Below are positions 52,909-64,000 of a stretch of DNA of 64,000 nt, in pieces. The notes below the pieces were generated by a model. The model searched no databases. It saw only the letters and a list, made by a program, of their open reading frames with translations, and was not told the origin of the DNA. Each line of letters starts with the position of its first letter. Position 1 is the stretch's first letter. This stretch comes from Eledone cirrhosa (lineage: Eukaryota). The stretch lies in assembly GCA_964016885.1 (NCBI GenBank), contig OZ024740.1:216504001-216568000 (forward strand), given 5' to 3'. The translations under genes were made by a program, and so were the position numbers.

Positions 52909-53040
52909 TCCTTTGTCAGTGTTGAACAAATGAGCAACGATGGTTGCTAGACACTACGGCTTAATTCGGGATGTTTGTTTACAAACACACCAAGCATTAT
53001 AATAAATGTTCGGTGAATCCATACATATATATATGTGTGC

Positions 53041-54567
53041 ATGTATTTGTCAACCTTGAGAAAGCCTTTGACAGAGTTCCACGTGCTGTAATCTGGTGGG
53101 CTCTTAGAAAACTAGGAGTAGATGAATGGCTTGTGAAAGCGGTACAAGCCATGTATAGGGGAGCAGTCAGCAAAGTTAGGATTAGCAATGAGTATAGCGA
53201 GGAATTTAGCGTACAGGTTGGGGTCCACCAGGGCTCTGTTCTTAGCCCTCTCCTGTTCATCATAGTCCTGCAGGCAATAACGGAGGAGTTTAAGACCGGA
53301 TGCCCATGGGAACTCCTGTATGCTGATGACCTCGCACTCATAGCTGAATCTATGGTAGAACTAGAGAATAAATTCCAAACCTGGAAGCAGGGACTAGAAA
53401 GAAAGGGCCTCAAAGTCAACATGACAAAGTAGACGAGAAAACAGAACCCAGATCCCCTCAGGGAAATGGCCTTGTTCAGTATGTAGGAAAGGTGTAGGTA
53501 GGAACTCCATTCTCTGCCCCAAATGCAAACAATGGGTACACAAGAGATGTAGCGGGATCTCAGGAAGCTTAATTAAGAATATAGGATTCACATGCAGCAG
53601 CTGTGCTGAGACAGCAAACAGCAAACAGCCACAGGAAACAAGTACCACCAATCTCTGGGAGGGCCCTGTAGAAACAGTAGACAGCTTCTGCTACCTAGGT
53701 GACCGAATTAGCAACAGAGGTGGGTGTTCAGAAAGTGCATTAACTAGGGTAAGAACGGGATGGAAGAAGTTTAGGGAACTACTACCACTGCTAGCTGCAA
53801 AAGGCTTCTCCCTCAGAATGAAAGGCAGACTGTATGATGCGTGTATCCGAACAGCGATGTTGCATGGTAGTGAGACCTGGGCGCTGAAGGTGGAAGACTT
53901 ACGTAGATTAGAGAGAAACGAAGCCTGCATGCTCCAATGGATGTGTAACAATAATACACGTGAACGACAAAGCATAAATGAATTGAGAGAGAGACTGAGC
54001 ATAAGAGGAATCAAATGCTATGTGCAGGAGAGGCGGTTGTGCTGGTATGGACATGTGATGCGTATGAAGGATGACAGCTGCATAAAAAGGTGCAGAGCAC
54101 TAGAAGTTGATGGAAACCGCGGAGTGGGGAGACCCAAGATGACCTGGGATGAGGTGATAAAAACCGACCTTACCCAATTACACCTCTCAAAGATAATGAC
54201 ACATGACCGTGACTTCTGGCGTCACGCAGTAATACAGAGTACCCGACCTCCCATGGGTACAAGCTGAAGCATATAGACAATATGCCCCCACACCCCCCAC
54301 CGCAAGGTGGTCGTGGAGGTGCCACGGCAAAAAAGCACCCAGCCCACACTGTAAAGTGGACGTGTAGGCGCCACGAAAAAGCACCCAGCACTCACTGTAA
54401 ATGAGGTTGGTGTTAGGAAGGGCATCCAGCTGTAGAAATCAAGCCAAATCAGTTCCTGTATGAGCAAGGCATGGTCAGCCGACCAGACACTGCCCACAAC
54501 AGGACAACCTGCCTAACCCATGCTAGCGTGGAAGAACGGACGTAAAACGGTGATGATGATGATGATA
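53041..54567 (+). mobile_element. RTE LINE subfamily A, 5'-truncated; RT plus PHD finger; frameshift at ~53430
   Basis: FVNLEKAFDRVPR, GVHQGSVLSPLLF, LLYADDLAL, C4HC3 motif, GSETW, GRPKMTW; (gat)n tail. Confidence 0.95.
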
Positions 54568-54694
54568 CTACTGTACGTCTGTATACATATATGTATGTAT
54601 GTATACATACTTGTATATGTATATATATGTATATGTATATATATATATATGTGTCTGTGTGTGTGTGTATATGTATATATATATATATATATAT

Positions 54695-55030
54695 GGAGGC
54701 ACATGGCTTAGTGGTTAGAGCATTGGCCTTGCAATCAAAAGGTTGTGAGTTCAATTCTCAGACCGGGTCATGTGTTGTTTACTTGAGCAAGACACTTTAT
54801 TTCACATTGCTCCAGTTTACTCAGCTGTAGAAATGAGATGATAGGGACTGGGGTCCATATCACTCCACTGCAAAGTGGTCGTGGAGGTGCCATGGCAAAA
54901 TAGCACCCAGCACTCACTGTAAATGAGGTTGGTGTTAGGAAGGGCATCCAGCTGTAGAAATCAAGCCAGAAACAGTTCCTGTCCCACCCTTGCAAGCAGG
55001 GAAAAAGCGGACGTAAAATGAAATGATGAT
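54695..55030 (+). mobile_element. Family-1 CORE-like SINE
   Basis: Near-identical to 11900-12228. Confidence 0.85.
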
Positions 55031-56422
55031 ATATATGTTTGTGTATGTGTGTATATATATATATATATGTGTATTTATATATATATATACATATCATCAT
55101 CACCATCAACACTGTTTAACGTCCATTTTTCCACACTATATATATATATGAATAATGTTATTGACAAGTTGCTTATTGGAGTCACTGACCTGGTCAGAGA
55201 TAATACCAAAAAAATCCTTGCTCACCTTTAACAGACCAAGAATTATTCTCTTCTTCTCCCTCTCTCTTTAACTTCCAGTGTCACCTTCTACAACATTCTC
55301 TCTCTCTCTAAATACTTTCCTCTTATTTATACACATCTAATATTTTAATACACTGCTCACCATATTTATAATGTGAATGGCACAGCATATAATTTCCGAA
55401 CGATTTTGAAAATAATCAAGAATTTTGAGTTGATTAATAAAATAGCTTATTTACATATTATTAATTTGGTGTATGGAACATAATTTAAAGGTTCTTATAT
55501 AAAATTATGATGGAAAGTTTTTAGATAAATATAAACGCTTTAAAATGTTCAATATATTATCATAGAACCAAGAATGGTTTCAGATGGTTAGCTATCAAAA
55601 GAGTTGATATGGGTGGGATGGCGGCATTCATTACTCATTTTCAGAATGTCTGACACTAACAAGATGAACTTATCCTCAGACCAGAGCCGTCTGCCCAAAT
55701 GCTCACAAAATATGGTCTACAGTAAAGTCCTCCAAGAGCCAGGTAGTAGTGGTAGTTGAAATCCATAGAACACAGTATGCCTCTTGCCTAAACATCTAGG
55801 AGTATGGACAAAGTAAAGCTTTTCTTACTCCATAGATGACTTCGTTGAAAATGCTGGAATGGTAGCCTGCTGAAAACTCAGCCCTTTCGTTATCACATTT
55901 CTCATGAAATATGCTATATTTCATTGAATTAACAAAGAATTTATTTGGGGTTATTTACTAAAATTATTTCTTTAATATGGAGGTATTTGTAAGATAATTT
56001 AATGCAAGGTTCATTTATAATATTATGTTGGTAGCTATAAATTTAAATAGGAATACCTTTCAATGGGCAGTTTTGTTTCATAGAACTAGAGTCAGTTTTG
56101 GACAAGCTGATATTAAAAGGGTTAAGAATCTTTACACCTTACCAATAATTACTGAAATGTTAGATTTAATTATTATCAGATATAATGGTAATATTAATTA
56201 ATTAAATTACATCAGATATATATCATAATTAACAAACATTATCAGATATGATATACTCATATTAAATAATTAACTAATATGTTAGTTGATGTATGATATT
56301 TGAAAAACATTAATTATGAAAGAAAGATTTTCAAATATAATAATAATAATTCTTGTAATATGTAATTTTGATTGGTATGTATGTACACCTCATACACATG
56401 CACTCATGTGTATGTAAGGATG

Positions 56423-56898
<476 letters not shown>

Positions 56899-57011
56899 TA
56901 TATGTAAATGTAATATATATATATATAGGATCCGTCCCACCTTTGCAAGCTGGGAAAAGTGGACGTGAAATGATGATGATGATATATATTATATATACAT
57001 TATATATATTA

Positions 57012-57084
<73 letters not shown>

Positions 57085-57153
57085 ATTTTCTAGTGCCAAA
57101 GACACTTCGTCCTCGAGGGCACACCCTAATTTTAACAATCAAAAATTTGAAAA

Positions 57154-57273
57154 AGATAATTGTTTCTACTTTTGGCACAAGGCCAGCAAATACCCAGTGC
57201 ATTACTGGTACTTTACTTTATCGACCTCGTAAGGATGAAAGGCAAAGTTAACCTCGGCGGGATTTGAACTCAG
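57154..57273 (-). mobile_element. Family-2 SINE inserted in a pogo-type MITE
   Basis: Flanked by aatttgaaaa duplication (~57144-57153, 57274-57283). Confidence 0.75.
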
Positions 57274-60200
57274 AATTTGAAAACAAATAATAAACAACCT
57301 TCAGCCTCCAGGACGCATGGTAGATATTTTAGGAAAATAGTAGCGTCTTCGATGCCAGGAAATACAGTATATTATATCATCATCATCACCGTTTTATGTC
57401 CATTCTTCCACGCTAGCATGGGTTAGATGGGTTGTCCTGTTGTGGGCAGTGTCCAGTCGGCTGACCTTGTCTTGCTCATATGGGAACTGATTCTAGCTTG
57501 ATTTCTACAGCTGGATGCCCTTCCTAACACCAACCTCATCTACAGTGAGTGCTGGATGCTTTTTTTTTTCATATGTATATATATTATGTTTATATTATAT
57601 TTTATACATATAATGTATATACTATATATATTATTTATATATTCTGTATATATTATATGTATTATATATATAATGTGTGTGTGTGTATCTTAACATATGG
57701 GTATGTATATTTGAATGTATAGAAAGAAATTTACTTGTCGTCTCTTCTCTCTAATTTATTATATTTTATAAACAACTTATATTTTCTGAGGCTTCTTATA
57801 AAAAAGTATTGATTGCTATCAGAGGTTGGGTGCTTTCCCTGGTAATCAATGATATTATAAATAATAACAACTATAATAATAATAATAATGCACACTCTCT
57901 TCTCTCTCTCACATATAAAAATTATTAATTAAAAAAAAAAAAATCTATTACAGATATTTTGTGCTTGGTTTTATACTCCTGTTGCTATATTTTCAAAGGA
58001 ATGCTCTTTTAGTGTTACCATTTACAGCCGAATACCCTACTGGATATTAATATATCTGTTTTAAGGTTTCACCTTATTATTGGTTCATATGGCATGTCTA
58101 GGGAGAGATTTATTACATCAAAACTATTTCTAATATAACAGTACTTCTACTCTATACTGTTGTATACTTGGCTATATATTAAAGTAAATATTACTTATTG
58201 TACTTAAGTACGTTTTTGATTCAGTATTTAAGTTTCACATTTATTATTATTATTATTGTTGTTGTTATTATTTTTATTATTTATTTTTTGTTTACCAAAT
58301 TCCTTGTGGAATTAAGTTCAAAGGTTCTGCAGTATTTATAATTTACCATTAGTATTGAGTAGTGCAGGGGTAAATACGATTTAGTAGAGTTGTCACTATT
58401 TCATTTCCCTTTTGTTACTAATGTTCTTGTGAACAGTATGGACATGAAACCTCCACCATCATTAATAAAACAACCACCACCACCACCAACACTATCATTA
58501 CTAAAACAACCACCACTACCACCATCATTACTAAAACAGCCACCACTACTACTAACACTATCATTACTAAAACCTCCACTACGACCATCATTACTAAAAC
58601 AGCCACTACCACAACTACCACCACCTTCTGAACCTACCACCAGCAGCAGCGCCACCACCATTACCACTACCATTGCCGCCACCACCATTGCCACCACCAC
58701 CATTACCACCACGTACTCCATTACCCTCACCTACTCCATCACCACCACTACCACCACCACCCGCCCTACATTATTTCCCCATTAACTCTACCTAACACTG
58801 ATTTACGACAAAAGTTAAATTGACTCATTTTTTCGATTTAATAATAAAATACACAAGATTACAATCCTTATCAAGCTGCTGTTGTTGTTGTTGTTGTTGT
58901 CTCAGGTGTAACAGACTAGATTATGTTGTTGTTGTCTCAGGTGTAACAGACTAGTTTATGTTATTGTTGTTGTCTCTGTCGCCTTTATGTATTTTATTAA
59001 ATACTCTCAGTAAATAGTAAATCTTTCAGAGAAAGGATACTCAGCTGTTGCTAAAAACCTGCTACTAGGCCCCAACTCATTTTATTGAACATTCTTATAT
59101 CATTAGTCATTACAAAACATTCACCTTTAAAATAAATGACATAGTTATTGTGCGTTTATTGATCATATTTCACTACATAAACTCTGGTTCTATTCAAAGG
59201 AGACAATCTTGTCCCACACAATGTTATGTTAGATATGCTGGAACATTATATTAGTCCTTTCATTACCATATTTAGAACTAAATACATTGATTATTACTTT
59301 TGGAGAATTTTGAATATAATTGAGAGTTTGAAGAGATTTAGTTACCAACCTGGTTACCCTTTAGTTACCAACCTGGCCAAAACTGGCTCCAATTCTATGA
59401 AATAAAGTCACCCATTTTAAAGGTTTCCAATTTAAATTAAAATATTCTAACATCATTTTATATAAAAACCTTACATTAAGTTATTGTCTTAGTAAGGAAA
59501 TAATTGATAATTTTTGTAAATCACTCAAAATTCTTCATTAATTAATTAAAATAGAGTGTATTTCATTAGACATGTGGTAATGAAATGGTTAAATAAACTG
59601 TTTTGTATTTTAGAACCAGGGGTGGTTGGGGCAGTTTGGTATTAATCTGGAACAACATGAAATAAAGTGTTTTGCTCAAGAACACAAAGCAGTCTGGCCA
59701 GAAATCTATGGGAAGAGATTAGTCAATTAACCCCCCCCCCCCCCCTACTTGATGATATTGTTGTTATTGTTTTCACATCCACTTTACCTGCTAGCAAGGG
59801 TTGGACAGATTTACATAGACCAAGTCAGTACTTAAGCAGAGCCACTTATTTCCAAGCCAAGCAGGCCAGAGTTCTGTGTATCTTGCTTATGTACGGTTGA
59901 TACTCCACCGAATGCACAAGTCATGATTGATTTTGTGATAGGATTTGAACTCAGAAAATAAATACCAGAACAATTATGACAATGTATTTTGTTCTGCACT
60001 GTAGTTCACTAGAAATGATGCCAAAGTGAATAATAGCCATTATATTTAAACATCTATTCAACCAAACCTTCCTTAGCTTACTTTTGGAGTCCAATAGGAA
60101 TTGACTTTAGCTATTTCATCTTCACATTTTCTTACTACACGAATTATTGCTTGTGTTAAATTTCATTCTGCTGAAAAGTTTAGGAAGACCTTTTTCTGCA

Positions 60201-60489
60201 ATTCTGCATGTTCTGACTTCTTTCATTTCATGTACTTTTATTTTTTATTTTTCTATTTGATGATAGATGTGTAACTGAATATTTCCGTGTGAGAGATAAT
60301 GGTGGTTTAATTGTCTGTGAATAAATATTCTTGCCAATCACCAGGAGTGACACATAAATGTCTGGCTGTCTGTGTGTATCTGAACACACACAAATATGCA
60401 TGCACACTCATATATGCACATGAATATATATATGTGTGTGTATATATGTATATATATATGCACAAACACATGCATATATAGATATGTAT

Positions 60490-61799
60490 ATAGAGAAGAA
60501 ATTCCAAACATGGAAGCACGGCCTAGAGTCAAAAGGACTTAAAATTAACCTGGCTAAGACCAAAGTACTAGTTTGTAGGAAAGAAAACAAGGCGGCGGTC
60601 CCTTCTGGGAAATGGTCGTGCTCGGTGTGTAGGAAAGGCGTAGGTAGAAACTCCATTTTATGTCCTAAATGCAAAGTATGGGTGCATAAAAGATGTAGTG
60701 GGATCACAGGTAGGCTAACTAAGAACATAGATTTTACATGTGGCCGGTGCTCTGGTGCAATAAGTAGCAGCAAGTGCCCACAAACTACTAGCTCTTTCAA
60801 TTGCGCAGAGGGTTCTATAGAAATAGTGGACAGCTTCCGTTACCTGGGCGATAAAATCAGCAGTGGGGGAGGGTGCTCTGAAAGTACTGTAGCTAGAGTC
60901 AGAACTGGTTGGAAAAAGTTCAGAGAGCTTATACCACTATTAGCTGCTAAAGGGTTCTCACTAAAAATGAAAGGCAGGTTGTACGATGCCTGCATACGAA
61001 CAGCAATGCTGCATGGCAGTGAGACCTGGGCATTGTGTGCAGAGGATATACGCAGACTAGAGAGGAACGAAGCTTGCATGCTCCGCTGGATGTGTAACAG
61101 TAATATACGTGAACGGCAAAGCATAAACGAACTAAGGAATAAATTAGAGATAAGAGGGATCAGATGTTGTTTACTCGAGAGAAGGCTACGTTGGTATGGA
61201 CACGTGATGCGCATGAAAGTCGATAGCTGTATAACAAAGTGCAGGGCAATAAAGATAGACGGTAGTCACGGAATAGGCAGACCTAGAAAAACCTGGGACG
61301 AGCTGATAAACTCCGACATCACACACTTACACCTCTCCAAGACAATGTCACTGGACCGAGACCTTTGGCGGTACTCAGTAACAGAGAAGACCCGCCTTAC
61401 CTAAATATATAGTAAAACCTACTCCAGCCAGTAGGCATCTCTAACAAATACACCCCGTCCCACCACCCCCACCCGATCCACACCACCCCGTTCTATGTAA
61501 AGTTATGTTGGTGCCGCGCCATCGAGGCCGAAACAAATGAGATCGTGTAGGTGTCACGACAAAAAAACACACAGTCCACGCTGTAATGTGGCCGTGTAGG
61601 CAACACGGTAAAAACCTCCCAGACCCACACTGTAAATGTGGTTGGTGTTAGGAAGGGCATCCAACTGTAGAAAACCTGCCAGACAGTCCTATGCGAGCAA
61701 GACAATCACTCTTGCCTCAAGTGGGACTACCCCCGTCCAAACCCATGCAAGCGTGGAACACGGACGTTAAACGCTGATGATGATGATGATGATGATGAT
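60490..61799 (+). mobile_element. RTE LINE subfamily B, 5'-truncated; open frame to 61404 (PHD finger plus RT C-terminal region)
   Basis: GLKINLAKTK, CSVC...CPKC....HKRC...CGRC, FRYLG, GSETW, RLRWYGHV, GRPRKTW; (gat)n tail. Confidence 0.95.
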
Positions 61800-62010
61800 A
61801 TGTGTGTATGTATGTATATTATGTGTGTACATCTATATCATATTTATGGGATTGTATTTTAGAAGTATGTAGCTGCATGGTACAGTGTGTATTTATACAG
61901 TAATTAATGAATGCCCTTCAAATTATATTTGTACAGAAGCTATCTTTTTGTCCCTTTTTTTCTTTATCCATCCACCTCTCTCACTATCTTACTATATCTA
62001 TATATCTTAC

Positions 62011-62050
<40 letters not shown>

Positions 62051-63354
62051 AATACAGAGGGAGAGAGAGATTTTATTTTATATAGAAATGAATTCTACAA
62101 AAATGCTTATACTCTACTAATATATTGCATACCTTTTTAATCTGTGATGCCCCTCCTCCCATCCCCGACACAAATCAGGAATATATATATATTCACTCAC
62201 TCACATATTTATGTGTGAGTGAATATGTATGTGCATATCTTATCCTGATTTTTAGAATGGGTATACCACATCCATGTGTGTCAAAAGACATGACTAAAAG
62301 TGGAAGGGTATCTCGCAGTGTAACTGTGTAACGTTACCTTAAAACATCCTTCCCAATCCTTGCCAGCATAGAAAGCATATTCAATATTGATGATGTCATA
62401 TATATATATATAGACACATGTAGCAGTTTTATACACACATATGTGTGTGTCTGTGTGTGGTGTAGACCTGTATCTGTATGTCTGTCAGCGTGTGTATGTG
62501 TGTACATATTTACGAGTATATACGGTATATCATATTGAAATATTCTGCTTATAGTATAATCGTATATACTTGTGTTGTATTGTTAAAATATTCTACATAT
62601 AACATAAGTATACATGTATAACATAGATAACATAAGTATACATGTTCATACTACTGTATATACTTGACAAGAAATATGTGACCAAAAAATTCAATGGTAG
62701 AAGTGGGGGTCGGGATTGACTTATTTTGAAGTCAATATTTTGACGATTTTCACCAATGTCAAATTCTATGTAAATATGGTTTGGATTTTTGCCCCCATTT
62801 CTCAGACATGAAATAGTGGGGTATGCTTATATTTGGATAGGTCAGTTTATATTTGAGTATATACAGTAAGTTGGTGGAATGGTCTGCTTATATCATATAT
62901 AATACATAATATATAACTTATACCATGTTAGTTAAATCATCAACTTATAACATTCATCATACATAACTCCTCTCACACGTATGTTATTCCTAATTCAGCC
63001 ATTTGCCAATTACTTCACCGTGTCTTATTAAGTGCTCACCTTTCTTCACTGTTATCAATGATAAGTAGTCTTAGAACATTTGATTTCACGCTGTGAAATC
63101 TTTTTATCTTGTCATACCTATAATTAATTCTTGACGACTCCAGTGGTGCTCCAATTCAAATTGTTCTTTTCCATAATAATTATTAAAGCTAGCCATTTGA
63201 TTAGTTTATCCTCAAGTGTCAATTTCAGCTGATTTCTTCATATTTCATGAAATTTTGTAGAATTTACACTGTTGAAATTTTATTTCAAAAACTTTATCCC
63301 ATTCTGATTACAATCAAAAGTTGAAAACAATAGTGCAAGTTCTTATCATCATCA

Positions 63355-63394
<40 letters not shown>

Positions 63395-64000
63395 GGGTGG
63401 TGGTTTAGTAGTATTAGTAGTGCGTCAGTAGTACCAGTTATGGCCCTTTACGTTCTGAGTTTAAATCTGCCGAGGTTAACTTTGTCTTTCATCCTTACGG
63501 GGTTGATAAAATAAAGTACCAGTATTGCTCTTGGGTCGAATAATCGACTTCCCCTCCCCTTCAAATTGCTGGCCTTGTGCCTAAAGTAGAATTCATCATC
63601 ATTATTATTAATATTATTTAGTTATTTCTGCTAAATGGCCAAATGAAAAAAAGTCAATATTATTATTATTATTATCATTATTGACATAAAATGATGATGA
63701 TGACTTTATTGAAGTAATTTGTATTAATGGTAATTATTATATTAATGAGAGATAAGAATGATAACACCAATAATTATAGTAATTAGATGTGTAAGCTAAC
63801 GATATCAGATTTATAACAGAAAAACTACTATATTCTTCTTTATTATTAGCTCTTGATATGGCTGTGGATTTGCAGTAATCGGTAGAGTGTGGACAACATG
63901 CTTTGTAGCATATAGTTATGTTCTTTATGTTCAGACTTCAAATCCCATTGAGGTTAGCTTTGCCTTTCATCCTTAAAATACCAGTAACACACTGGCGTTC

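Larger units (their letters stand above)
52249..53024. mobile_element. PLE-derived foldback, 274-bp arms, plus external inverted copy of the spacer
   Basis: 52399-52672 inverted to 52751-53024; 52249-52324 inverted to 52672-52747. Confidence 0.9.

Noticed and set aside
58390-58785. Pro/Thr-rich ORF
   Set aside because: Low-complexity (CCA/CTA) repeat with no domain evidence

Overview
AT-rich, microsatellite-dense eukaryotic DNA with no recognisable host protein-coding exon. The repeat repertoire suggests an octopus/cephalopod genome (inference). Nearly all ORF-track entries are translations of (TA)n, (CA)n, (CT)n or (CAC)n repeats. Real coding remnants are all transposon-derived: RTE-clade LINEs with a PHD finger in the RT C-terminal region, two Penelope-like element (PLE) GIY-YIG fragments, and degenerate RTE and CR1-like pieces. 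Other content: three tRNA-derived SINE families, hAT-, pogo/Tc2- and TTAA-type MITEs, a young non-autonomous LTR retroelement with a tRNA-Trp PBS, and several minisatellites. The main hidden signal is 17 type I hammerhead ribozyme (HHR) motifs, read by eye, from about 8 sequence families. Many are intact and show covariation, and some have U3-A8 or U4A/G cores. Most lie in short non-coding head-to-head foldback elements inserted in (TA)n tracts, with one ribozyme on each strand. All structures were folded by hand, and coordinates of degenerate elements are approximate.
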